From contig JAUMBQ010000005.1 of the NCBI GenBank assembly GCA_032119595.1, positions 30,328-94,327 of the forward strand: a stretch of DNA of 64,000 bases. Direction: 5' to 3'. Below, one piece after another: positions 27,337 through 37,900 of the stretch. Each line of letters opens with the position of its first letter. Position 1 is the first letter of the stretch. This stretch comes from Solirubrobacteraceae bacterium (GTDB lineage Bacteria > Actinomycetota > Thermoleophilia > Solirubrobacterales > Solirubrobacteraceae). Position numbers and translations under genes: made by a program. The notes under the pieces are model-generated. The model had not been told where the DNA came from, made no database searches, and saw only the letters and a program-made list of their open reading frames with translations.

Positions 27337-29540
27337 GCCCCTCGCCCGATCACGTGATCCCCGACCTCACGACCGTCGACCTCGGCGGCGTCGAGCAGAC
27401 GCCCGTGTCGCCCGCGTTGGCGGACGCCGCAGCGGCCAGCGCAGCCGGTTGGGAAGCCCCCGAGGGCTTCACGATCAAGCCGAGTTACACCTCAGCGGAC
27501 CGCGACGGCCTGGACTTCCTCGGTGGCATGCCGGGCTACGCCCCGTACCTGCGCGGCCCGTATCCGACGATGTACGTCGAGAAGCCGTGGACCGTCCGCC
27601 AGTACGCGGGCTTCTCCACCGCGGAGGCCTCCAACGCCTTCTACCGCCGCAACCTCGCGGCCGGCCAGAAGGGCCTGTCGGTCGCCTTCGACCTCGCGAC
27701 CCACCGCGGCTACGACTCCGACCACCCGCGCGTGGCCGGCGACGTTGGCATGGCCGGCGTCGCCATCGACTCGATCTACGACACCCGCACGCTCTTCGAC
27801 GGCATCCCGCTCGATCAGATGTCGGTCTCGATGACGATGAACGGCGCGGTGCTTCCGGTGCTCGCGCTGTACATCGTCGCGGGCGAGGAGCAGGGCGTCG
27901 ACCACAAGCAGCTCTCGGGGACGATCCAGAACGACATCCTCAAGGAGTTCATGGTTCGCAACACCTACATCTACCCGCCGAAGCCGTCGATGCGGATCAT
28001 CTCCGACATCTTCGCCTACACGGCCAAGGAGATGCCGAGGTTCAACTCGATCTCGATCTCCGGGTACCACATGCAGGAGGCCGGAGCCTCGGCCGATCTG
28101 GAGCTCGCGTACACCCTGGCCGACGGCGTCGAGTACGTCCGTGCGGGCATTGCGGCCGGCATGCCGGTCGACCGGTTCGCGCCGCGACTCTCGTTCTTCT
28201 GGGCCGTCGGGATGAACTTCTTCATGGAGGTCGCGAAGATGCGCGCCGGGCGGATCCTCTGGGCACGCCTGATGCGGCAGTTCGAGCCAGGCGACCTGCG
28301 TTCGCTCTCGCTGCGCACGCACTGCCAGACGTCCGGCTGGAGTCTCGCCGCGCAGGACGTCTACAACAACGTGATTCGCACCGGTATCGAGGCGATGGCC
28401 GCGACGCAGGGCCACACGCAGTCCCTGCACACCAACGCGCTCGATGAGGCCCTCGGCCTCCCAAGCGACTTCTCGGCGCGCATCGCCCGCAACACGCAGC
28501 TCTTCCTCCAGCAGGAGTCGGGTACGACGGATGTCATCGACCCGTGGGGCGGCTCGTATTACGTCGAGCAGCTCACGGCGCAGCTTGCGCACCGCGCGCT
28601 CGCGCACATCGAGGAGATCGAGAGCCTCGGCGGGATGACCGAGGCGATCGATGCCGGCATTCCGAAGCTGCGCATCGAGGAGTCGGCGGCGCGCGTGCAG
28701 GCCCGTATCGACAGTGGACGCCAGACCGTCGTGGGCGTGAACTCGTTCCGGCCGGACATCGACACCGACATCAACGTCCTCAAGATCAACAACACCGAGG
28801 TGCGCGCCGCGCAGATCGCCAAGCTCGAACGCCTGCGGGCCGAGCGCGACGAGCCGCAAGTGCGGCAGGCGCTGGAGCACCTCACGAACGCCGCCGGAAG
28901 CGGTGACGGCAACCTGCTGGACCTGGCGGTCGTCGCGGCGCGAGCCAAGGCCAGCGTCGGCGAGATCAGCGACGCGCTCGAGAAGATCTATGGTCGTCAT
29001 GCGGCCGAGATCCGGTCGATCGCAGGCGTGTACAGGAGCGAAGTGGGCGAGAACGACATTCCATTCGCCAGGACCAAGCGGCTCGTGGAGTCGTTCTCCG
29101 AGCAGGAGGGCCGCCGGCCGCGCATCCTCGTGGCCAAGATGGGGCAGGACGGCCACGACCGCGGCCAGAAGGTGATCGCCACGGCGTTCGCCGACCTCGG
29201 CTTCGACGTCGACATCGGCCCGCTGTTCCAGACGCCGGAGGAGGTCGCTCGCCAGGCGATCGAGGCCGACGTGCACATCGTCGGCGCCAGCTCGCTGGCC
29301 GCCGGGCACCTCACGCTCGTGCCGCAGCTCCGCAAGGCGCTCGACCAGATGGACCGCCCGGACATCCTCGTGGTCGTCGGCGGCGTGATCCCGCCCGCGG
29401 ACTTCGACGAACTCCGCGCTGGCGGCGCCGACGCGATCTTCCCGCCCGGCACCGTGATCGGCGAAGCCGCCAGCGGCCTCGTCGAACTCCTCATCGAGCG
29501 TCTCGGGCTCGAGCGCCCAGGCGATGTCGTCACCGCCTGA
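27333..29540 (+). CDS. mutB: methylmalonyl-CoA mutase large (alpha) subunit
   Basis: [47 protein letters not shown] and a C-terminal B12 domain with GQDGHDRG. Confidence 0.95.
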   Translation: MSPSPDHVIPDLTTVDLGGVEQTPVSPALADAAAASAAGWEAPEGFTIKPSYTSADRDGLDFLGGMPGYAPYLRGPYPTMYVEKPWTVRQYAGFSTAEASNAFYRRNLAAGQKGLSVAFDLATHRGYDSDHPRVAGDVGMAGVAIDSIYDTRTLFDGIPLDQMSVSMTMNGAVLPVLALYIVAGEEQGVDHKQLSGTIQNDILKEFMVRNTYIYPPKPSMRIISDIFAYTAKEMPRFNSISISGYHMQEAGASADLELAYTLADGVEYVRAGIAAGMPVDRFAPRLSFFWAVGMNFFMEVAKMRAGRILWARLMRQFEPGDLRSLSLRTHCQTSGWSLAAQDVYNNVIRTGIEAMAATQGHTQSLHTNALDEALGLPSDFSARIARNTQLFLQQESGTTDVIDPWGGSYYVEQLTAQLAHRALAHIEEIESLGGMTEAIDAGIPKLRIEESAARVQARIDSGRQTVVGVNSFRPDIDTDINVLKINNTEVRAAQIAKLERLRAERDEPQVRQALEHLTNAAGSGDGNLLDLAVVAARAKASVGEISDALEKIYGRHAAEIRSIAGVYRSEVGENDIPFARTKRLVESFSEQEGRRPRILVAKMGQDGHDRGQKVIATAFADLGFDVDIGPLFQTPEEVARQAIEADVHIVGASSLAAGHLTLVPQLRKALDQMDRPDILVVVGGVIPPADFDELRAGGADAIFPPGTVIGEAASGLVELLIERLGLERPGDVVTA

Positions 29541-30549
29541 TCGGCGGCGTGCCCGCCCCTCGGTCGACGCGCTCGCCGAGGGGGTGCTCGCCGGCGACCG
29601 GACCAAACTCTCGCAGGCGATCACGCTGGCCGAGAGCCGCCGCCCGGCCGATCAAGCTCTCGCGCAGGAGCTGATCGCGAAGGTGCTGCCGCACACCGGC
29701 GGGGCCCGCCGGATCGGCGTCACCGGCGTGCCCGGCGCGGGCAAGTCGACCACGATCGAAGCACTCGGTGTCTGGCTCGTGGAGCAGGGCCACCGGGTCG
29801 CGGTGCTCACGATCGACCCGTCGAGCGCTCGTTCAGGCGGCTCGATCCTCGGCGACAAGACCCGCATGCAGCGCTTGGCGCTCCTCGACCACGCCTACAT
29901 CCGCCCGTCACCGTCGTCCGGCGTGCTCGGCGGCGTCGCGCGGCGCACGCGTGAAGCCATGCTGCTGTGCGAGGCAGCCGGGTTCGACGTGGTGATCGTC
30001 GAGTCCGTGGGCGTCGGCCAGTCGGAGGCGGTGCTGGCCGACCTCGTCGACTGCTGCGCGCTACTCCTCGTACCCGGCGCTGGCGACGACCTTCAGGGCA
30101 TCAAGCGCGGCATCATGGAAATCGCCGACGTCGTGGTCGTCAACAAGGCCGACGGCGACCGCGTCATGCTCGCGCGGAGGGCGGCGTCCGACTACCGCCA
30201 GGCGCTGCACCTGCTCCCACCCGCCACCCCGGGCTGGACGACGGTCGTCCTCACCTGCAGCGCCACCGAGGGCACTGGCCTGCCAGAGGTGTGGCAGGCC
30301 GTCGAGGACCATCGCGCGCATCTCGAACAGGACGGCGCGCTCACGCGCCGCCGCGAAGCGCAGCAGCTCAGGTGGCTGCGATCGCTCGTCGACGAGGCCG
30401 TACTCGCCGCCTTCCACGCCCGGCCAGGCGTCGCGGAGGCGCTGGCCATCGCCGAGGCCGCCGTCACGGACCAGTCGCAGACGGTGCCTCAGGCCACCGC
30501 GACGGTCCTCGAAGCCGCCGAAAACGGCTTCGAGTCCGCAGCGAAGTAA
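29524..30549 (+). CDS. meaB: methylmalonyl-CoA mutase-associated GTPase MeaB
   Basis: P-loop GVPGAGKST, then ETVGVGQSE-type [10 protein letters not shown] and VVNKADG. It overlaps the mutB 3' end. Confidence 0.95.
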   Translation: MSSPPDRRRARPSVDALAEGVLAGDRTKLSQAITLAESRRPADQALAQELIAKVLPHTGGARRIGVTGVPGAGKSTTIEALGVWLVEQGHRVAVLTIDPSSARSGGSILGDKTRMQRLALLDHAYIRPSPSSGVLGGVARRTREAMLLCEAAGFDVVIVESVGVGQSEAVLADLVDCCALLLVPGAGDDLQGIKRGIMEIADVVVVNKADGDRVMLARRAASDYRQALHLLPPATPGWTTVVLTCSATEGTGLPEVWQAVEDHRAHLEQDGALTRRREAQQLRWLRSLVDEAVLAAFHARPGVAEALAIAEAAVTDQSQTVPQATATVLEAAENGFESAAK

Positions 30550-30620
30550 CGCCCGCCGCGAGGTGACGCCCGCCGCGGAGTAACGCCGCCCGACCGTCGT
30601 GGCCCGGGCGGAGCCATTGG

Positions 30621-31184
30621 TTACGGAGTGGTGGCGGGCGTCGTTCCGGCCGGAGAGGTCGAGGCCGGAGTCGTCGCCGCGTCTTGACTCGTGCCGATGT
30701 ACCACTTGCCGTCGACCCGCTCGAACTGGGTGACGCGGCCTGAGACCGTGCCCTCCGCCAGATCGCCGTCGACCTTGATGTCCTCGATCTTCTGCGGCTT
30801 CAGATCCGCGGTGTCGGACTGCTTGGCGATCTTCGTGGTGATCGTCGCGCATTTCTCCTTGACGGTGCCCTTGCCCTTCGCGCCGGCGACGAGGATCTTG
30901 AGCGAATCCGGAGCGAGGAGGTCGCAGAACGCGGCGCCGTCGCCCGCCTGGAGCGCCTTGAACGCGGCGTCGCTGACGGCCTGAATGGCCGGAGCTTCGG
31001 GGCTGGCCGCCGCGGATTTCGCCTTCGCGGGTTCGTCGTCTCCGCCGCAGCCGGCGAGCACAAGGGAGAGGCCGAGGAGCGCCGCGGCGCGTCCGATCGG
31101 CAGGCGGCGGACGCCGTGGCTGGTGCGAAGCTGCGGCGCGCGGGACGCCTGGTCGGCTCCGCTGCGGCTCGTGACGGTGGACAT
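30621..31184 (-). CDS. lipoprotein of unknown function
   Basis: Lipobox LVLAGC after a positively charged N-region, with a PT/ST-rich C-terminus. Confidence 0.7.
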   Translation of the reverse strand: MSTVTSRSGADQASRAPQLRTSHGVRRLPIGRAAALLGLSLVLAGCGGDDEPAKAKSAAASPEAPAIQAVSDAAFKALQAGDGAAFCDLLAPDSLKILVAGAKGKGTVKEKCATITTKIAKQSDTADLKPQKIEDIKVDGDLAEGTVSGRVTQFERVDGKWYIGTSQDAATTPASTSPAGTTPATTP

Positions 31185-31320
31185 CCGCGGAGTATCTCAG
31201 CGACCGGGCCGGCCGCGCCCCGGTGACGTCCGTCGCTCGACCGACCGGGAGGCCCGTCGGGGCCTGCGACCGCCAAGTGGCTCGCGACGACTGGCCGCTG
31301 CGGTACCGTCCGCGCGCGCC

Positions 31321-32472
31321 ATGCTTGACCGCCCGACCCCACCGCCGACCGGCCCGCAGCGCACCGATTCCCACGGCAGAGGCCTCCCGGACGACACGCG
31401 CGCGGCGCTGCGCGCCGAGCGCGCAGCGCGCCATGCCGCGCGCGACGCGAGGCGCCGCGACGCCCAGCGCGCCCGTCGCAAACGGCTGGTGAGCAAGCTC
31501 GGCCCGGTCGCGCTCGCCGCCGTCGTCGTGCTCGGCGGAGCGTTCACGGGTCTCCAGTTGGCGTCCGGCGATCAGCCGACCCCAAGCCCGGCCGCCCAGC
31601 GCGGCGTGGAGCAGGCCGGCACGTCGCCAGAGTTCGACTCCTCGCAGACGGTCGCGAACGGACCCATCACGGCACCGACGAGCGCGAGTCTGCTCGACCT
31701 CAAACTGGCGGGCACCACCGACGCGTTCGCGATCGACTTCAAGGACCCGCCGCGCAGCGGCGTGCTGTTTGATCTGGATACCGGCCGGGTCCTTTGGCGC
31801 AAGAGCCCAGACCGAGTCCTCCCCATCGCGAGCGTCACGAAGATGATGACCGCGCTCGTGGTGGTCAACGAGCTCAAGGCCGGTGCCAAGGTGAAGATCA
31901 CCAAGGACGCCCTGAAATACACGGGGTCAGGCGTCGGCGTGCTGCCCAAGGGCAAGTCAGTCGGACTGTCGGCAATGCTCCATGGCCTCCTGCTGGCCTC
32001 GGGCAACGACGCCGCGATCGCCCTCGCGATCGCCGCCAGCGGCAGCCAGAAGGCGTTCATTCGAGACATGAATCTGCGGGCACAGGCGATGGGGCTCACC
32101 TGCACCAAATACGCGTCACCCAGCGGCATCGTCGACAAGGGCAACCACTCGTGCGCCGCCGATCTCGCCGTCCAGGCCAAGGCCGTGCTCGACCATCCGC
32201 GCCTCGCCCCGATCGTGGGCCGCCGCCAGGCGACGCTGAAGTTCCCGATCAAGGGCGGCAAGCTCTTCCTCTACAACCACAACCCGCTGCTCAAACAGCA
32301 GTTCCCCGGCACCATCGGGGTCAAGACGGGCTACACCGACGCGGCGGGCAAGACGTTCGTCGCCGCCGTCCGGCACAAGGGCAAGCGCTACGGCCTCGTG
32401 CTCCTGCACTCGCCGGACATCGGCAAGCAAGCCAAACAGCTCTTCCAGCGCGCCTACGCCGCCGACGCCTAA
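31321..32472 (+). CDS. D-alanyl-D-alanine carboxypeptidase (serine peptidase S11)
   Basis: All three PBP motifs are present: SVTK (ASVTKMMTA), SGN (LLASGNDAA) and KTG (VKTGYT). The start is at MLDRPTPPP (ATG 31321), followed by a TM segment. Confidence 0.9.
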   Translation: MLDRPTPPPTGPQRTDSHGRGLPDDTRAALRAERAARHAARDARRRDAQRARRKRLVSKLGPVALAAVVVLGGAFTGLQLASGDQPTPSPAAQRGVEQAGTSPEFDSSQTVANGPITAPTSASLLDLKLAGTTDAFAIDFKDPPRSGVLFDLDTGRVLWRKSPDRVLPIASVTKMMTALVVVNELKAGAKVKITKDALKYTGSGVGVLPKGKSVGLSAMLHGLLLASGNDAAIALAIAASGSQKAFIRDMNLRAQAMGLTCTKYASPSGIVDKGNHSCAADLAVQAKAVLDHPRLAPIVGRRQATLKFPIKGGKLFLYNHNPLLKQQFPGTIGVKTGYTDAAGKTFVAAVRHKGKRYGLVLLHSPDIGKQAKQLFQRAYAADA

Positions 32473-32496
32473 TCGCGTGCGGCCCACGGCGCCCCG

Positions 32497-32594
32497 GATC
32501 GCTGACCGAGGGTCGCTGGTCGAGGGTCGCTGGTCGCGGGTCGCTGGTCGCGGTTCCCGGGTCCCGGGTCCCGGGTCGCGGGTCGCTGGTCGCA
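32497..32594. repeat. 14-unit heptanucleotide tandem array (consensus GGTCGCK)
   Basis: GATCGCT GACCGAG GGTCGCT GGTCGAG GGTCGCT GGTCGCG GGTCGCT GGTCGCG GTTCCCG GGTCCCG GGTCCCG GGTCGCG GGTCGCT GGTCGCA, read directly from the sequence. Confidence 0.9.
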
Positions 32595-32706
32595 CAAGAC
32601 GAGCACCATCGTCACCCCGATCATCGGTCGTGATCGCTGTGTGAAGCGTCCCTCGATCGAGCGACGAACTCCGAGTCTGGCGCGTTGGCGCTGGTAGCGT
32701 CGAGTC

Positions 32707-33198
32707 ATGCGCCTGTCCCAGCGTCTTGCCCCTTCGATCGCGCTTGCGGCCGTGGCCCTGGCCGGCCTGCCCGCGGTGGCCTCCGCAGCGACGGATCCAG
32801 CCGCACCCACGCCGATCCTCCCGCGCCCAGGCGCATGTGAGGTCATCGCTCCGCCGGTCCAGGGTGCCGTGAAGTTCGCGATCTCGCCATCCAAGGTGAA
32901 GGAGGGCACCCAGCCCCGCCTCCGCTACCTGATCCTGAACGTCGGCAAGACGTGCCTCGGGTACACCGGCGCGCCGTACGGCCTCCAGCAGTCCGGCTTC
33001 GCTGGCTGGTCCGACATCCCGTGGGACACCGGCATCTGGCCCCAGTACATCCGCACCATCAAGCCCGGCGGATACGTCGTCGGCACCACGGCCCCACTCC
33101 CGGCCAGCCTCAGCGCCGGCGGCTTCTACCGCGTGATCCCAAAGTTCACGCCCGACGCCGAGCAGCCCGTCGCCAGCGCGCTCTTGACTGTCGTCTAA
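32707..33198 (+). CDS. secreted hypothetical protein
   Basis: Signal peptide MRLSQRLAPSIALAAVALAGLPAVASA|AT. 163 aa. Confidence 0.65.
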   Translation: MRLSQRLAPSIALAAVALAGLPAVASAATDPAAPTPILPRPGACEVIAPPVQGAVKFAISPSKVKEGTQPRLRYLILNVGKTCLGYTGAPYGLQQSGFAGWSDIPWDTGIWPQYIRTIKPGGYVVGTTAPLPASLSAGGFYRVIPKFTPDAEQPVASALLTVV

Positions 33199-33213
33199 CG
33201 GCGAGCCAGCTCG

Positions 33214-33237
33214 CGAGTTCAGCGAAGCCTGAACTCG
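33214..33237 (+). terminator. hairpin CGAGTTCAG-CGAAGC-CTGAACTCG after the 32707 gene
   Basis: 9-bp perfect stem 16 nt after the stop codon. Confidence 0.5.
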
Positions 33238-33330
33238 TGGTTGCGACCACCTAACGCTTCAACAGCCCGGCGCCAGCGGGCCCATCGGCTGGCGAGAGCG
33301 GCGCGATGGATGCGCTGACGGCGGACTGGA

Positions 33331-33465
33331 CTCGACGCCGGCTACGGCGCCAACGGGCCTATCGGCCAGTTCCCCGCTCCCAAACGCTGGGCTCCACGTT
33401 AGACCACAAAATAGGGTGTGCTTTGTACTAAAACGGTCAGTCAAAACTACGCCCTATTTTCCGGT
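33331..33465. repeat. 135-bp intergenic repeat unit A (degenerate AT-flanked hairpin at its 3' end)
   Basis: It shares the blocks CTCGACGCCGGCT, GGCGCC..CGGGCCTAT, TTAGACCACAAAATAGGGTG, CTTTGTAC and CCCTATTTTCCGGT with unit B. Confidence 0.8.
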
Positions 33466-33536
33466 ACGACACTTCCGCATCGCCCCGGGCGCGCTCGGCG
33501 AGTGCGGCGCGCCGAATGAGCTGGCGGCGGGCGAGG

Positions 33537-33671
33537 CTCGACGCCGGCTTCGGCGCCGGCGGGCCTATTCAGCAAGTCCGAGGACCCAGACTCCTCATCG
33601 CCTTTAGACCACAAAATAGGGTGGACTTTGTACGACCCCGGTTTCGGGAAAAGTCCACCCTATTTTCCGGT
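33537..33671. repeat. 135-bp intergenic repeat unit B (perfect 17-bp AT-flanked hairpin at 33613-33666)
   Basis: AAAATAGGGTGGACTTT / AAAGTCCACCCTATTTT with an inner CCCG-GTTT-CGGG. It lies exactly 206 bp downstream of unit A. Confidence 0.8.
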
Positions 33672-33810
33672 GTGAGAATCCGGCCCGCCCGAGGCCCGTC
33701 AGCGCCGCAGCCGGCGCGGACTCCCGCCCGCAACCCGCTCGGGCCGCCCGCCCCCTCGGTGCGAAGAGGCCCGCGGGCGGCAAACCCAGCGCCGACTCCC
33801 GCCCGAGAAG

Positions 33811-33916
33811 ACTTCGACACCGTCCCCCACCCGCGCAAAGGGACTTCGACATCGTCCCCCGCCCCGCGCGGAGGCACCTCGACTCCTCCCCCACACGCGC
33901 CGAGGAGGCTTCGACA
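33811..33916. repeat. ~33-bp tandem repeat, 3.3 copies (ACTTCGACAYCGTCCCCC...)
   Basis: Units start at 33811, 33843, 33876 and 33909 (the last is partial). Confidence 0.75.
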
Positions 33917-33943
33917 CTGCGGCCCCGCATCGCGGGGCCGCAG
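33917..33943 (-). terminator. strong GC hairpin downstream of the 33989 gene
   Basis: CTGCGGCCCCGC-ATC-GCGGGGCCGCAG (12-bp stem), 46 nt after the stop codon on the minus strand. Confidence 0.6.
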
Positions 33944-33988
33944 CACGAACGATCGGTCAGTGGCTCGTGGCCACTGAGGCGATGAGGC

Positions 33989-35452
33989 CTACTTGCCGCT
34001 GAGCTTGTAGGGAACCTGCGAGGTGACCGTGTTCCCGAGGGTGTCCTTCACGGTCGTGACGAGCGTCAGCTTGACGGGCTTGCTGCCCTTGATTGCCTTC
34101 AGGGCCTTGCGACCTTCCTTGGTCGAGAAGATCGAGACCTTGACGGTCTCGCCCGGTGCCGTGCTGGTCGCGGTGCCGGTGCCGACCACGATCGGCGCCT
34201 TCGGAGCCTTCTTCTTCTTTTTCTTCGGAGCGAAGGCGCTCTTCGAACCCTTCTTATCCTTGGCGACCGGCAGCAGCAGCTGCTGCGTCACGGTGCCGGG
34301 TTCATCGAGCGTGATGAATGAGAACAGACCGCTCTTGAGGAACGACTTGAGGGTCGTGCTGGGCGCACCGAGGTCGTTCTTCTTGATGACCGGAGCTGCC
34401 ACGTCCACCGGGGGCGCCGGCGGAACCACACCGACCGGCACGGTCGTCGTGACCGTGAGGGTGGTGGTCACGTCTCCGGCGGTCGTCTGGCGGACTTCGC
34501 GGTAGGTGATCAGATCGCCCGCCTGGATAGGCGTCCCGAAGTTGACGCCGTACGCCGTCGCGGTCGCGCTGGTGAGGCGCCCATGGCCGACGGCCTCGTA
34601 TGGCGCACCGGGCACACCGGTCCGCGCGGTGCGGCATTCCGCGTCGCGGTCGAGGTAGTAGGTCTGACCAGCGGGTGCCGGGATTGCCGGCGGTGCCGGC
34701 GCCACGTCCGCCACGGCGACCGACTTGTAGAGCCCGTAATCGAAGTAGTAGCAGGTGCCCACGAAGTCACTCGTGTCCGACCCAGTCGGCTTTGCCCTCC
34801 AGGTGTAGACCCCGGGCGTAACACCGTGACGGAGGACCGCACGAGCGACACGGCGCTCGAGTGTCGCCGTGACTTCGGTGCCTTCAGCCGTTCGACCGAT
34901 CGTCGCGTCGGGGCTCCCGATGACACTCGAGATCACGGCGGGCGCTGCGGTCACCGTGGTGTCGAAGACGGTCGCCTTGGTGTCGCTGCGGTAGACCCGA
35001 AGCAGATCACCCGGAACCAGCGAGATCGGAATCGACGTACCGCTGTCGTCCTCCGTCTTGAGCGCGGCGCCGCCTCGAAGCTGCTCGAGGTTGCCGCAGC
35101 TGAAGGACGGACGCTTGATCGCCGGCGTCACGAAGACGCCGTTCTTGTCGTAGTTCGAGTTGTAGGTGCCACAGATCCCCTCGGCAGGCTCGACGTACCC
35201 CGGGGCGGCAAACTCAGCTTCCGTGGGGTCCTGGCTCACGTACCCGTCGTACGAGCCGGTGGGAAGTCGGCCCGGGTTCGGCGCCGGCTGGCCCCCGTCG
35301 TACCAGTAGTCGGCCGGGAAGGTGGAGTAGCTGATGGACTTGTACAGCGGCGACGCTTCGGCCGGTGCCGCAAACGTGAGCGCGCTTGCCGACAACGCCA
35401 GAGCGAAGCCAGCGCGACGCAGACGCGCCGCCGGGTGGTGGGAAAGGGTCAT
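33989..35452 (-). CDS. secreted protein with poly-Lys linker and Lys-rich C-terminal module
   Basis: The start is at MTLSHHPAARLRRAGFALALSASALTFAAPAEA|SP (ATG 35452). The protein contains APKKKKKKAPKAP. Its C-terminus GETVKVSIFSTKEGRKALKAIKGSKPVKLTLVTTVKDTLGN is like the C-termini of the 20934 and 23190 products. Confidence 0.75.
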   Translation of the reverse strand: MTLSHHPAARLRRAGFALALSASALTFAAPAEASPLYKSISYSTFPADYWYDGGQPAPNPGRLPTGSYDGYVSQDPTEAEFAAPGYVEPAEGICGTYNSNYDKNGVFVTPAIKRPSFSCGNLEQLRGGAALKTEDDSGTSIPISLVPGDLLRVYRSDTKATVFDTTVTAAPAVISSVIGSPDATIGRTAEGTEVTATLERRVARAVLRHGVTPGVYTWRAKPTGSDTSDFVGTCYYFDYGLYKSVAVADVAPAPPAIPAPAGQTYYLDRDAECRTARTGVPGAPYEAVGHGRLTSATATAYGVNFGTPIQAGDLITYREVRQTTAGDVTTTLTVTTTVPVGVVPPAPPVDVAAPVIKKNDLGAPSTTLKSFLKSGLFSFITLDEPGTVTQQLLLPVAKDKKGSKSAFAPKKKKKKAPKAPIVVGTGTATSTAPGETVKVSIFSTKEGRKALKAIKGSKPVKLTLVTTVKDTLGNTVTSQVPYKLSGK

Positions 35453-35665
35453 GGGTCCTCGAGGGTGGGTGGACGCTGTGGACAACCGCCGGGGCGCGCA
35501 AACGCACCGCAACGGCGCGTCGCACGGTAACCGGCCCCTCCCCGGAAAGACAGCAATTCCAATTCGCCGCAAGCGCCGTCACGAGTCTCGCCCCCAGAAC
35601 GCGACGACGCAGCCGAGCCCCAGCTGGGCGCCGACCAACCCAAGCACGTAGCCCCCGCAGCCAAC

Positions 35666-35784
35666 GGGCGGGGCGGGGGCGACCCAGCCGGGGCGAGTCC
35701 GCGGCGGACTGTCCGGTTCTGGCCGCTAGGCCATAACCGGACCGTCCGATCGTCGGCCCCGGCTGGGTCACCCCCGCCCCGCCC
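35666..35784. repeat. 119-bp GC-rich palindromic element, copy 1 (MITE/REP-like or structured RNA)
   Basis: 29-nt terminal inverted repeats GGGCGGGGCGGGGGCGACCCAGCCGGGGC / GCCCCGGCTGGGTCACCCCCGCCCCGCCC. The second copy is at 62291-62409. Confidence 0.85.
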
Positions 35785-35794
35785 CAACCAAGGA

Positions 35795-37615
<1,821 letters not shown>

Positions 37616-37678
37616 CGCGAACCCTCCAGGTTAGAGCGCGCGGGGGTAGGGCGCGGCGAGGGTTGGTCTGGGCCGTGA

Positions 37679-37785
37679 CGGGGCGGAGTGGTCCCCCTCT
37701 GGTCGCCGCTACCGTAGGCGGCGATTGCTGGCCGGGGTTCGGGCATTGGACGCTCGGCCTCCCGCCGGGGGACCACTCCGCCCCG
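37679..37785. repeat. 107-bp palindromic element with 19-bp perfect terminal inverted repeats
   Basis: CGGGGCGGAGTGGTCCCCC (37679-37697) / GGGGGACCACTCCGCCCCG (37767-37785), with an inner hairpin TCGCCGC-TACCGTAG-GCGGCGA. Confidence 0.8.
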
Positions 37786-37900
37786 CCCCTGCTGATCGCG
37801 TTCGCCGGCCCTACGGTGGGTCGCGTTCTGGACGTTGGTGTCAGTCGGCTGGGTCGACCCTGAGCTGCCTTCGGCGGGATTCGCGTTCTGGACCTTGGTG

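Noticed and set aside
33398-33420. Integron attC-like core (GTTAGAC fits GTTRRRY) next to an imperfect palindrome.
   Set aside because: The second copy reads TTTAGAC. No inverse core RYYYAAC partner, no intI and no array of promoterless cassettes are present. The hairpins fit terminator or MITE architecture better.
33811-33916. CRISPR-like appearance of regularly spaced ~33-bp repeats, and likewise the heptamer array at 32497-32594.
   Set aside because: The units are directly adjacent with no unique spacers. There are only 3.3 degenerate copies, no palindromic repeat core and no cas genes in the window.
35449-35787. ORFs crossing the palindromic elements (35449..35787 and 62227..62520, minus strand) that encode similar peptides (GGDPAGADD...GQNRT...RGLAPAGSPP).
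   Set aside because: The similarity is a by-product of the repeated DNA. The peptides are low-complexity, lack starts with ribosome-binding context, and one overlaps the tRNA gene.
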